DNA of 64,000 nt from NCBI RefSeq assembly GCF_009914755.1, contig NC_060933.1, one strand, 5' to 3'. The stretch is from the human T2T-CHM13v2.0 reference genome, Homo sapiens. The position numbers and the translations under genes are program-made. This document shows, piece after piece, positions 51,707 to 64,000 of this stretch. The notes under the pieces were generated by a model. It was not told the DNA's origin. It ran no database searches and worked only from the letters and a program-made list of their open reading frames with translations. Within the stretch, counting starts at the first letter, position 1. Each line of letters begins with the position of its first letter.

Positions 51707-51816
51707 AACCAATATTTTATAATAAATCTCTCTCTCTTCCCCCTCTCTATTTATATCTATTCACACATATCTATATTCTATTATTTCTGTTTCTCTGGAT
51801 AACCCTGATTAAGACA
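51707..51816 (+). mobile_element. ERVL MLT2 LTR 3' end fragment
   Basis: ataataaatctctctct...ttctattatttctgtttctctggataaccctgattaagaca. Confidence 0.75.
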
Positions 51817-52159
51817 AGTTTATACATTTGAAGGCAGTTTACCATAGTCTTCGGACCCGAGCTATTGCTGCGGAAAAATTTAACTCTGTCCTGCTTTCCA
51901 ATGCTATAACTGCTTGTGATGGTGGTGGCGATCATTTGTTTTTATCTAGAATCTAACAGGATTATCTTTTAATTTATGTTTTTCTGAAATGTGATGATAA
52001 TGTGTCTCTGTGTGAGTTTACTTTTATTCACTTCTTCAGCATTGGAGGAGCATTTTCAATATAGCATTTTATGCACTTTAATTATCAAAATTTCCTTATG
52101 CTACCTTTTCTCCTCTGTTTTCTCAATCCTCTGTGCAAGACATCATTAGTGTAATTACA

Positions 52160-52370
52160 GATGGCAAATAGGAATGATAAAACCAATAAGAACTCTTAAA
52201 ACTTGTGCTCAAAGGGGGAATACACCCATCCCTTCTGTTCATATTTCATTAGTCAAAGCAAATCACATAATCAGGGTTTATGTCAATGAGGTGAAATTAA
52301 CCATCCTCCCACCAGGAATGGGTCTGGTGGGGAGGGCCAGTGAATATTTTGCCAATAATAAAATATACTA
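52160..52370 (-). mobile_element. Old MaLR LTR fragment (MLT1J/K-like)
   Basis: cttctgttcatatttcattagtcaaagcaaatcacat...gtgaatattttgccaataataaaatatactaca. Confidence 0.6.
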
Positions 52371-53957
52371 CACTCAGTGCCTGTTCATAATTGATCATCG
52401 GCTTTGCAGGCACAACTTAGAGCTGATAGGTTAGCTTCACTGTGTAGTCACTGAATGAGGAGTCACGTATTTAACAGTGGAGAATGCACAAGTTAGTACA
52501 TAGGGTATTTTCCCCCTATGATTATCCAGTTTCTTTAGAAAGGAATCCTTGACTCCTGCTTCATGTAATTTTGCCTGGCCATAGTTGTTCCAGAAGCAAA
52601 GAGGACTAAGTGAGCAGGCCTTCAATAAAATATCTTATTTTAGTTACACATCTTGCTCCTGTTTTTCAACATACATGAGTCTATAGTTTCCAGCTTCTTC
52701 TACTAAGTTTCCTCAGGGAGTAAACCTTTGTTCTGCCTGGGAGCATTCACCTGGTTAGGTGGCATTATGGAACAATCTGGATTTAAGTCTTTTATATATA
52801 GATGCACAAATAATTACCCCATTTCTGGTTATGCACTCACTACTCTTCCTAACTGGGAAGAGTATCTCCAATCTCTGAACTTTTAAAAAGTCCCCTGCCA
52901 TGAAATGGTTTGGCTCATTATCAGCATTCTCCTCACCATGCACTTAACGTTTCAGTTCTTTCCAGCCAGTTGGATTTGTTATAACTTTTCCATTTGGTTT
53001 CCAACTGATCTCCCATTGTCTCCACTTCCATAATCTTTGTCCACGTGGGTTTTACCATTTTATATTCTTTATTGTCAATTTAGTGGCCATTTGAGAGGAA
53101 GCAGAGATAAACACATGTGATTTAAAGTCAAAGTGTAAAGGTTTAAAGAGTATAAAAGGGAGTAGAATTGTTGAAGAGTTTTGAAAGAAGTTGGAAGAAA
53201 AGGTAAAAATGTACTAGAACAATGTTCGAATGAACACTGAGACAAATGAAACTTGAGGTTGATGACAATGAACAACGAAGAGGGAAAAGAATAAATATAA
53301 ACTTGAAAAAAGGAGCAAAATTCCTTAACATAATGAAATGGACATAATAAATGTGAATAACCAACAGGTCATAATTACTATGGAAGATAAAAATATAATA
53401 AAATAAGTAAAATAATATCTTAATAATAACCTTAATGAGCTTTTATATATTTGTTTTTAAACACGAGATGAAATTATATTTAAAAAAAAACCTGTAATAG
53501 GATTTAGACCCAAGGGTGGAAAATATGTTTTGTTCATTTTTAAATTCCCACTTCCAAGCAGAGTGCTTGGAATGTAATTCAATTGCTGTTGCTTGAAGGC
53601 CTTAATGCCTTCATGATTTAACATAATTGAGGGTCACAATACCAATTTAGTAATTTTAATTCACCAAATTTGTGCAATAAGAATCTGGCATCTGCAGAGT
53701 TATTTAGACAGTATATGAAAACACAACATAGGCTGTATTTGGTAAAGGATCCCATGTTCAGGGAAATATGATAATATTTACATGAGTCTTTCATTTGCAA
53801 AACATTTTATACTCTTTCTAAAATTGCTCAACTTTATTCTTTGTTTAATAATTACTGCCAGGATTTGAGGTAGGACCACTTATGTAAGAGAAGCATAAAG
53901 TTTTATAAACTTTGAACAAAGTTACAGGAACTTAGATTTATTTGTTGTAGACATATG

Positions 53958-55030
53958 TGTTCATTCAAAAATATATACATATTGAACACCTATGTTTCTG
54001 GCACTCATGCATGTTTTAGTTATAGCGATGAACAAAACAGTGAGACATCCTTTTTCTAGTGAAGCTTATATAGTAACGGTGTTGACAGCTGTTGTGAGAC
54101 CTCGGTTCTTGTCTCCTAAGCTTAAAAGAACTTAATTAAGAGATACATGGCAAAGCAGATGCAACATAACTTATCGTGAAAGAAAAAGAGTACTTTGAAA
54201 GTTAAGTGCAGAGTAGACAGTACACCCCGAGAGAGTTCAGGGTGGGCTACTCGTAAGGATGAGACAGCAAAGACTGGCACTAGGGAGACTCCTTTTGTGG
54301 AAGTCTTACATGATTAATCATAAGGAGGTGGGAAGAGGTGGGTGCACATGCGCAGTAGCTGTACATGCTTGTTTATACATTGCATGTCTCATTAGCATCT
54401 TAAATCTCCACCCAGGGGTGTGTTTTTTACCATCATGATGAGCAAAGGGTCAGTCTGAGGACAGGTAAAATCAAAGTGTGCATGCTGTCTACAGGGGAAA
54501 TTCCCTACTGAAGATAGCTTTGCTTGAATGCACATAACTACGATGAGAATGCTGAGGCTCACTGTGTTGATTGTAGGGTCCCACGGTTGCCATGTCCCAA
54601 CGACATGGTCACTTCCTTGACTACCTGTCCTGCCTCAATAGTGGTAGAGGCACAATGAAAAAAATCAGCAAAATATATAGCATATTGAATTGTTATAAAA
54701 TTTATGGAGAAAACTAAAGCAGGAGAGGTGGAAAATGTTCCTGAAAAGTTGGCATTTGAGTAAAACCCAAACTTGACAGTGAGGGAAGAGTACTCCCAAA
54801 AGAGTCAACAGCAAGTACAAAAGCCATAAAGTGCTACAGGTTTTGTATTTTTGGAGAATTAAAAGAAGAGAAGTTTGACCTATGTAGGATGTGAGTAGGG
54901 AAAAGTAGAAGTTAAGTAAGATAGATGATAGGGAAACAAAGTGTAAAAAACTTCTCGGGGGCCATTAAAGGGACTTTGGCTTTTACTATAAGTGACATAA
55001 AAAACTAATGAGGATTTTGAGTAGGGCAGT
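53958..55030 (-). mobile_element. L2 3' region, split by an LTR
   Basis: ttcattcaa...tattgaacacctatg...gatgaacaaaacag; resumes after 54637 (ggcatttgagtaaa, aaagggactttggcttttact). Confidence 0.75.
54080..54637 (-). mobile_element. ERV1-class solo LTR (MER66-like)
   Basis: tgttgac...cctgcctca termini; reverse begins tgaggcaggacaggtagtcaaggaagtgaccatgtc. Confidence 0.8.
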
Positions 55031-55576
55031 AAAAGCTCAAAAGGAATTCCTTTTTTCTGAGTTCACTACACGTTCTAATAAAAATATTCAGTGACTAAAT
55101 AAAAGTTAGTATCCATTTTAGCTGTTCTTATACATGTTTGAAGCTAAGCTTCTATTATTATCATTAAATGTATACTGTAAAAGATAAATGGCATTTGTGG
55201 CATCAAAAATTTTAATCCAGCCTATATCCTATCCCTTTACCATATAAACTTACATGGCTTCCCAAAGTAACACTGCGTGTGACCACATAGTTTCCTTTTG
55301 GCCACATGGTCAAAAAAGTTCACTTACTTTTAAAATCTATTAATACGATACATAAAATTAAAATGTCAAATGAGAAAAAACAATGCTGTCATCTCAAAAG
55401 TTCCCCAGATGAACATAATAAAATACAAACAATGTTTTGTTTAACAAAATCCTTCAGAAAATAGATGAATATAAATATGGATATTTCCCAACATAGTAAA
55501 GGATATTAAATTTAAGCCAAGAATTTATATTATAAACTTACTGTTGCTTTCTTATTAAAATTACAATGAGTTGAGT

Positions 55577-55633
55577 GTCCCTGGCAGTCAGAATTCTACA
55601 ATGGCCTTCAAGTTTCATGCCCCCGCTACACCC

Positions 55634-55679
<46 letters not shown>

Positions 55680-55912
55680 CTCTTGTATAATCCCCTTCCA
55701 TTGAGTACAGATCTAATTTATGAAAATGATGAAATATCACTCCCATTATTAGTTTACTAATCAGTTGACCTTGGGTTAATAAAAAGGGGTATTAACCTGG
55801 CGAGTCTGAGAAATAGGATTTATGACCTATTGAAACCATGAGATAATAATTGCCTGTTGTTTTAAGTTGCTATTCTGTGGTAATTTGTTATGCAGAAAGA
55901 GAAAACTGAAAC
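55577..55912 (+). mobile_element. MaLR LTR (MLT1E-like, internally deleted) containing (CA)n at 55637-55675
   Basis: ggcagtcagaattctacaatggcc...ctaatcagttgacc...gagataataat...tgttgttttaag...tgtggtaatttgttatgcag...aaactgaaaca. Confidence 0.75.
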
Positions 55913-56179
55913 AGACTGCAAAATATCACCATTGTGGTATTACACAAAAGAAAGCATATTTATCTAAGGAAAATTCTGTGGTAATTAAGTGAAGATTATT
56001 TGAACTAATATAAATTAATGTATATATACATGTATACACAGGTATAAAAAAATAAGCTCGAAAATGGACTCATTTCTTGGTAGTAATAAGATAATTCTAA
56101 AAACCTAAAACAAGCTAACAAAAAATACATTGGGTCCGTATGTTTAAATGCATGCGGCATTTCCTCTTTCAGTACCACA

Positions 56180-56460
56180 TACTCCTCCTACAACCTCTCA
56201 AGCTTCATTTCATCAGAGACGCCTTCCCTAAATTTTATTAGATTGAAGTCAGTCTCTATATGCTCCTGGTGCTTAACATACCTCTTTCGTTTTATCAATT
56301 ATGATATTAAAATTATATCTTTATATTGCTTGTTCTTTTATTATTATTTTCTCCAATGGATGACATGAAAATCTCTCTTTGGCTCAGTGTTTTTCTTCAG
56401 GACTTCTGTAGAGGTTAGCCCTCAAAAATTGTTATGAATATTTATTAAATGATGAGATAG
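56180..56460 (+). mobile_element. L2 3' fragment
   Basis: tcatcagagacgccttcccta...ccctcaaaaattgtt...aaatgatga. Confidence 0.45.
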
Positions 56461-56840
56461 AACATAAATGTTAATTATTCCTAAGTTAGTTTATAGGTTT
56501 GGTAAAGTATCAGTTAATGAATAGCACAGGTAGCCCGTAACAGAGACCCTTCATTATGTAGTGAAAATAGTCAACAAAAGATGAAGTAAAAGAGATGTTT
56601 AAATGTGTGTACCTGTGTGTGTTTCTGCATTTATTGTATGCCAAGTTAATTTCTGAATTATTGCACGTTACTTTTTTGTTGGCAAAATAAAGGCAGTGTG
56701 GTAAAGAAAAAATTGTCATGAATTTGATCAACCTCTATTTGAAGATAAGAAAATATATAAGTATTTAGTCATTCCCATCTAATGTAGAGTCTCAAAGGTA
56801 GGGCAATACCTTTGATTAGCTTTAAATCAATATCAATGAT

Positions 56841-58040
56841 TTTATTCTACTGGAGTTAATAGGTATTTATGCAATCAAATAAACCAAGTATATGAACTCT
56901 CAAAATGATTATCACCCTTTTATAATTACAGGTAATTACTTATTAGTGTTAATTCTCACTATAGTTAATAATTTATTCAACAAACAGAGCAGACCAATAA
57001 GGCAGGACTTATGATGACATATAAAATCAACCCTAGGACACTTGATTAAGGAAAATGACCTTTTAAGGACTGAGAGATCAGTAGTGCCACCTGCAATATC
57101 TATGAAGGGGACCATAGTGTAGAGCCAATGAATGAAAAAGCAGGAAATGATGATAAAGAGGATATTTTTTCATAAGAATAGAGAGCAATAAAGGTAAGGT
57201 AAATGAACAAGAAAACAAAGAAAGTAAAAGCAAAATTAGCAACTGAGAAAAATGTGGGAGATGAAAATATTAATCACGGGGAAAAAAAGAAAGAGAAACA
57301 TTCAAATATGAGGAAAGGAACAATGTCCATTATAGGAGAAACAGAAATTTATCATAGAAGGGAGAAAAATAACTGAGTAAAAAAATGAGAGGATAAAGAT
57401 AAATATAAAGGCAATAAAAAAGTGATAGGCAAGAGGTAATGTAACCGAACGGTACAGACAGTAGAAAAGATGGTTAGAAAAGACTGATAATATTGGAATG
57501 CAAGGGAAACACACAGAGGAGACAGACTGAGAGAGGAAGAATGAAAGTGAGAAGGCCCGGGATACAGTAAGTCAATTTAAGAGAGAAAGAAAACGGAATG
57601 AGAAGAAAAATGAAAGTGGATGAATATAAAAGACAGTAGGGGGATATCTGAACATCAACAGGATTAATATTTCCAAGCAATTATTGTAGAAGCAAACAAA
57701 TGTTCTTAAAATTCTTATTCTACTATAAGTCATAGGTATTCAAGTAATTAAATAAACTAAGAACATTACCCATAAATATAATCACCCGCTTTTACAATTA
57801 CATGTAATTACACATTAGTGTCAATTCTGATGGTACTTAGTCACTTATTGAACATATAGAGCAGGCCAATAAATGAATGTAAGAAACGACAAAATCAATT
57901 CTGTGTGTGCTTGTGCACAGTTGTGCTTGCGAGTGTGTGGTGCTGTCTCTCCTCACCTTCCTTTCCAGCCCTGTTAGGAGGAACTCATTGTAGAGCCTAC
58001 ATCACAGTGTGAGGAACTGATGATTAATGAGGGAGAGTGT
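56841..58040 (+). repeat. Ancient diverged direct duplication, period ~870 bp
   Basis: Colinear anchors at a constant offset: atcaccc 56911/57781, tgtagagcc 57118/57989, aggaa.tgatgat 57142/58012. Confidence 0.8.
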
Positions 58041-59054
58041 TTTCAAATCTAAGGTTCTTCGTGATCGCTAAACAGTAAAACCACAGGGAACAACAGCACA
58101 CCTGTGCCAGTACTACCTAAAAATGAAAAATGAGAAGAGTGTTGCTTTTTCCTCCTTTGTCTTTCCATAGGAGAGAAAAATCTTTCAAAAGTTGATGGAG
58201 ATTTTGACATCTGGTGCTAAGCCAAAGTCCCATAACTATTCCATAAATATGCTTCAAAATTTAACATGCTCTCTAGCTGGGTGCCTGGGAACTTTCCTGC
58301 ATCAAAGTATTTATGAGTGATAGATAAACTACAGTTGTCAAGATGTTTATGGGTGTTTTCAAAAATGGTTTCATGTCCCCCTGCCAGATTTCTATGGGTA
58401 GCTTGAACATACTTGGTGCTGCATAGCAACCTGTACTACTAAATAAAAATAAAATTCTGAAATGTTGTTTCAAACATTCACTGAAGTCCATGTTATTTCT
58501 GTTAATGCCTTTGTCTTTTTAATGCAGCCCTTAGATTTCCCAATCAATTTTCACCGACTTTCTAATTTGGACTTCAGTAATATGCAGCAATCTCATCAGA
58601 AAATACATTTAGCACATGGCTAAATTACTGGGTTGGTATTTGATTTTCTTTGGCATTTTAAGATAGTCTGAGTAAACTGATAGTAAATGCTTTGGGGACA
58701 ATAGACCTCTTTTATCAGTGTACAGCTTTCCACTCAGTGTTAAATTATTTCTTGAAATGGGTAGTTGGAGAGAATAATACTGAGAAGAGAAACATTAAAT
58801 ATGTTTGACTAAGCTAAGAGCCCCAGAATATATTTTAAATTAGTAGGTTCAGTATTATCACCCTTAATTTAGTTCAGTCACAAATATACTGTGTTGTGGG
58901 ATAGCACATTTTTCAAATAAACAGGGACCAGAGTAGCAGAATTAGCTGACACTAACTGAATGGCAATTTTAAGGATTTATTTTTCTGTTGAAATGAGCTC
59001 CTAGCGATAAATGTAGAAGAGTCTGGAAATGGACTGGTACAATTCAGAAATCTA

Positions 59055-59419
59055 CAGAAGCTCCTTCACTTATGATGAGGGTGCATCCTGATAAACACAT
59101 CATAACTTGAAAAGACCCTAAGTTAAAAATGCGTGTAATGCCCCTAACCTATTGAACATCATAGCTTAGCTTAGCCTACCTTAAAAGTGATCAGAACAGT
59201 TACTGTAGCCCACAGTTGGGCAAAATAATCTAACACAGAGCCTATTTTACAATACAGTGTTGAATATCTCTTGTAATTTATTGGACGGTGAGCTGAAAGT
59301 GAAAAAGCAGAATGGTTGTATGGGTACTCCAAGTATGGCTTCTAATGAATGGGTATTGCTTCCACACTATTGCAGTAAAAAAATTGTGAGCCAAATAATA
59401 GTAAGTTGGAGGTCATCAG
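59055..59419 (+). mobile_element. TcMar-Tigger MITE (MER47A-like), complete
   Basis: cagaagctccttcacttatgatg...gaacatcatagcttagc...cagttgggcaaaat...agaatggttgtatgggtactc...; ~365 bp, ta/ca flanks. Confidence 0.85.
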
Positions 59420-60097
59420 CATTTTTCTATATTTTGGTGACAAATTCTTGGTTTAAAAATAAAAACATCTAGGTGCAGAATTAGAGTGAAATATCAGGGT
59501 TGGAAGGCCAGTAGGGCATGAGGGTGACATACACCCAAGGACACATCTTTGAAACCTCACATTCTACTTTAATCTAGCCTTTCCTTTTTATTCCTCTTCT
59601 TCTCCTATGTGAAAGATGAAACAGTCCCTAAAGCCAATTTCAGCCCCTCCTCATGTTAGTTCTCAGTACTTCGTGATTATTTAAAATGTGTGATCTTTTC
59701 CCATCATTTCTAAAACCTCCTAGATATCTCGCCTTTTCACTGTTATTGCAATCTCTCCAGAACATTGCTGCTGACTTGCAACCCATTCTTCCCCTTTTTT
59801 TTTGTCTTTCCATTGGCAAAGTCACATGGTATAGTTGTGAGTCAATACCATAAAGGAACTTTAACATACATATGCATATCAGGATATCAGAGAAAATATG
59901 AAGAATAAAGCAACTGTACAAATTTGCAGCACCATCCAAAAAGTGGTAAAATTTCCACCACTGCTGTCTTACATAAATATATTTTTAAAGATTAAAAGCA
60001 TGTGGGAAGATAAACTAAACCAATCTGTTTCATCTAAATCAGTATGATTTACTTTGTCTACATATTTATAGCCAATTTTTTGTCAAAGTTATTTATA

Positions 60098-60149
60098 CAT
60101 ACACAAACACACACACATATATATATAAAATACACACACACACACACAA
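60098..60149. repeat. (CA)n/(TA)n compound microsatellite
   Basis: Directly visible. Confidence 0.85.
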
Positions 60150-61159
60150 ACGAATTCCTCAGCTAAGCATATTGCTATATAGATATAGTGTAATGGGTTT
60201 TGAAGGATAAACAGTTGTTCCTTTAGGAAACAGAAGAAATAGCCCAATTTTCAATCTACTGCATATATTTTAAGTGAAATTAGTGGGATGTCTTCGTGCA
60301 AGAAAGATCCACTAAGAAGGGCGATGGTTGATATTTGGTCTTCATTCAAAAAAGTTGCTTTGACCTCAAGTGAAAGTACTGAGAAGAACAGAAAACAATA
60401 CTGTATGTTATATTGAGGAGCTGAAGCACATTTATTGTGACACTTGATGATAATATAATAATATGCCTTGGTACCATATTATTTGGTGTGCCATTCTTAG
60501 ATCTTATGTTGCCATAACGACAGAATATGTGTGTGTGTTTAGTAGAAAGACAATCCTTTTTTCTTCCAGTCAATTTTTTCTTTGATCTACAGAACTTGCT
60601 TCTTTTCTCTGAAGTTTTCACAATACAGCATGATAGAAGGAGCACAGGTAATAATTACAGAAACTTCAAGAGAAAAAGAATACATGTTTTAAATGAAAGC
60701 GTTAAGCCCCTTGCCTTATGTCCTAAGACACTTAAAGATGATTGAAGTGATTCCTGTCTGTATCTATCATAATGCCCCTTTCCCCTTAACAGGGACAAAC
60801 TAAAGATACAAAGGTTATGGCTTTCTTGATTAATCTATGTGACAGGGGCAAATTGCCTGTTTTCTTTTATTCCTTTTTTTTTTTTTTCCTATAGAGTGCC
60901 AGAGGCAGGGAATTCCTATGCTTCACTAGTGACTCATAAGAAAACTTAATAGAAGGTCTCTACTGCCTGCTGGCCCTGCAGTACCTGATTGATGTGGTCC
61001 CAAACTAAAGTAGGCTAACCTTCATTGAACCAAGCACTTCAGAGCCATGGGAAGAAGTATGGGGGAAGGAGTCCTTGTACTCTGGCAATGAGGAAAGTAA
61101 GTCTGCTATTTTGCTGTTAGTTGTGTTATCTATATTTTTGAAGACAACCTTTTGTTATC

Positions 61160-61248
61160 ATTGTTACCTGTAGAGTTACTGTATTTTTGTAGTAAGTGTA
61201 TTATCTGTAGTAACTGTATATTGTTGTTACTGTATTATCTTAGTAGTT
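61160..61248. repeat. Degenerate short tandem repeat (tgtagttactgtatt-like)
   Basis: gttactgtatt / gtaagtgtatt / gtaactgtata / gttactgtatt units. Confidence 0.65.
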
Positions 61249-61788
61249 AAAAAATATAGGTCTCTGTGAAACCCTCAGTTTTCTAGATTGTAACATGGAT
61301 TTAATAACATATAATATTTTTGGTGAGAATTATGTTAAATAATCTATGCAAACGTTTAAAAGACTACCTACAAAAAACTTTGAGTATAATCAATGATAAT
61401 TACCATAATTACATGAAGGGACGTGGAAAACACTGAAGGGGCTCTTTAGGCTACTGCTGAGCTGATGACATATACTCTTTACCCCTGAAGTCACTGTGCC
61501 CCTTTTCCTTCAGTACAGAAGAGTTCATCAAGTTTGCATTTGTTAATCCAGTTCACATTTGATAATCTTCTTGCTAACTATCACCCATGACCCCAAGCCA
61601 ACACAGTAAGCTGTTAAGAGGCACTATGCTAGGTATTTAATACTTCGTAGCATTTACCATGGTGATGTTGGGCAGGGAGTTACTTATAAAACCATTATTT
61701 TAGATATTTTACAATTTCAAAGAAACATCACATGTATTTTCAGTAGCAAATATGTACACATATTTAATATTAGATATGAATATCTTAT

Positions 61789-61965
61789 CAGTGGTCCTCA
61801 AATCCAGCTGTGCATCAGAATCACCATGGAGAGTATTACAAATGTAGGTTTATGGGTACCCCAACACTGATGTTATGATTTGGTAGGAAAAAAGTAGGGC
61901 CACAAAACCTACATCTTGACAACTTCTAAGACTAATCTGATATAAAATCCAGTTTGAGAATTAGA
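61789..61965. mobile_element. hAT-Charlie MER5-type element
   Basis: cagtggtcctcaaa...tgcatcagaatcacc...ccagtttgagaa. Confidence 0.75.
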
Positions 61966-63279
61966 GTTCTGTAGTAGTTACAGTACTTAAACTTATATTA
62001 ACTTTGTGGTAAACACACACACACTCAAACACATACACACTATTTGCTACTTTTATTTTCCTTCTCCTCATGTATTTACAGCAATGCTAAGAAAGAGACA
62101 ATATGATACCCTACATAATAAAACATAGGATGTACTGTATTTGCTTTTAGCACAATTGAAAGACATGCCAGAAAAAAGTAGACCTGAGAGAAAAATATTC
62201 TACAATGCTTTGCAAAATTATCATTATTTTAATCATGTAAAAAGGACTGAATTTAATTTTTGCAAGTTTTTCTTTTCTTTGCATGTTAAGTATTGAAATA
62301 TCTTCAATATTGTGATCTCTTCCAATGTATCTCAGGAAAAAGCAAGGGCTATATTCTATCATTGTGGCCTATCTTTGTATTTCTATTTATGAGGTAGGCC
62401 ATCATTACAACGTTAAGTAATTAATGAGATATGACCAGTGAAATTATTATGGGGCTTTAAATCATTTAAAGTTTATTCAGTATTATTACATCTTTGACAA
62501 AGGAAAATAAAATTCATGATGAAAATGAGAATTACAACCTCATCTAAGCTAATCTAACTGTGGTTTTAAAATATCACTTGGATCAATTCATTAGCTCTCC
62601 CTGATAACTGTCAGTCTCAATATATAGGTGACTGACCTAACTTTATAGTATTCACCATAACTCCTTAGCTACAGCTGACAGTACTGAAAATTGTGTGGGA
62701 TTATTTCTCCTGTGTGTAACGTGGTCCTGCATATTAACATTGGCTAGTTGAATGCATGTTCCCTAAAAGCATCCCTCCTTCAAATTTGAGCTCCATGTAA
62801 TGTGTTTACATTTTATTTTCTTCAGTTTCAATTAACTGGCCAAATCCAACCTAACCTTGTAGAGGAAACAACTAGTAACAGTGTTATCAAAGGACTCAAA
62901 CAGGCATGCGTGTTTAGACATTTGGTATATTCTGTTCTGCTTATGTACAGGAGATGGTTCATGAAGCCATTTGAAAAAGTTGCTTTCCCACTTACAAGCT
63001 AAACTCTGTGTGACAATTTTTTAAGCTATCCCCATGCATTCGAAGCACTTGGGGCTTTTCTTGCATTCTACATTTTTCAGTATGTGTGCCAGCTTGTCCT
63101 CTATCCTCTGAATTCACCCAGTTCAAGTCCTGGTTTTAAAAATTTTATTAATTATACTCTTTTAAAAGCAAATGTCATAAATTCTATGTAAGAATAAATA
63201 CACAGTTGTGACTGCCCATTTTATTACAGTAACTGTGATACTAAGAAATAGAGAACAAAAGTATGCAAACTTGGGAATT

Positions 63280-63470
63280 AAAATGACTTAGATTTTACTC
63301 CATAAATCTGTGGTAATCTTGGGCCAGTTCTTATTACACTAAGCCTTTGTTCCCTCATATGTAAATGGGAATAAATATGCTTATCTTCTGCTTCACAATG
63401 TGGTTATGAGTTTAAAATAAGGCAATTTATGTGAGGATGCTTTGGAATTGTGAAGCTTTATATAGAAAAA
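63280..63470 (+). mobile_element. MIR SINE
   Basis: tcttgggccagtt...aagcctttgttccctcatatgtaaatgggaataa...tggttatgagtttaaaataag. Confidence 0.8.
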
Positions 63471-63760
63471 TTATGTTATTAAAATAAGTAACTTCCAATT
63501 TAATATCTCAGTTGTATAGAGTAAAAGATTGAATAGGTTTTTGTATATAGCAGATTTGGCCAGGAATCAGTACCATGACTTCTGTGAAATACGGTTAATA
63601 ATGTCTAAAAGTTAGGACTTCTCTGAAGATTAATAAGATCAAGTTTATCTCTTGACTGCCTCTCCCCTCCAATCTCTACTTCCTAAAACCCTGTTTTCCA
63701 AATCCATACATCTCAGGCTTTTGCCACAAAAGTTTGATTTTATAAGCATATATCTGTAAA

Positions 63761-63808
63761 AACACACACACACACACACACACATACACACATACACACA
63801 TATATATA
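63761..63808. repeat. (CA)n microsatellite
   Basis: Directly visible. Confidence 0.93.
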
Positions 63809-64000
63809 ACAAGCCAACAAAAATCCTCCTCTCTGGTTTCCCATAGAAGCTATGTATCTCCATCATGAAATGTCACCATGATGATTTTATGTTTTTCACT
63901 GACTACTAGGTTATACCGTAAATTCCTTGAAATATAGGACAATTGACTTAATTTGCTTTATATTTTCATGATCTGACACCTCATATACTTAACACTCAAT

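Overview
AT-rich primate (human-like) genomic DNA. It has no credible cellular protein-coding exon, RNA gene or CRISPR array. Much of the window is transposable-element relics: Alu (J/S/Y), MIR, L2, L1 of several ages, MaLR and ERV1 solo LTRs, and Tigger/hAT DNA transposons. Subfamily names come from my recall of consensus sequences and need RepeatMasker/Dfam confirmation. Every ORF with a recognisable translation is L1- or Alu-derived. I see no evidence for a new multi-gene system. The most interesting signals are structural. (1) A ~275-bp non-repeat polyadenylated retro-insert with a perfect 13-bp TSD lies inside a full-length L1PA, part of a same-strand L1 stack at 38.2-51.7 kb. (2) A ~270-bp locally templated inverted duplication (37448-37725 vs 38424-38684). 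(3) An ancient 870-bp-period duplication of unique DNA that keeps homeodomain-type motif blocks (56.8-58.0 kb). (4) A 3'-deleted, promoter-only L1PA with a mutated YY1 site. (5) An L1PA3 with an unusual 35-bp twin-priming inversion from ~2.6 kb upstream. (6) A 20-mer of ORF2 copied into an L1 3'UTR. There are also a few enhancer-like and non-coding-exon-like unique segments.
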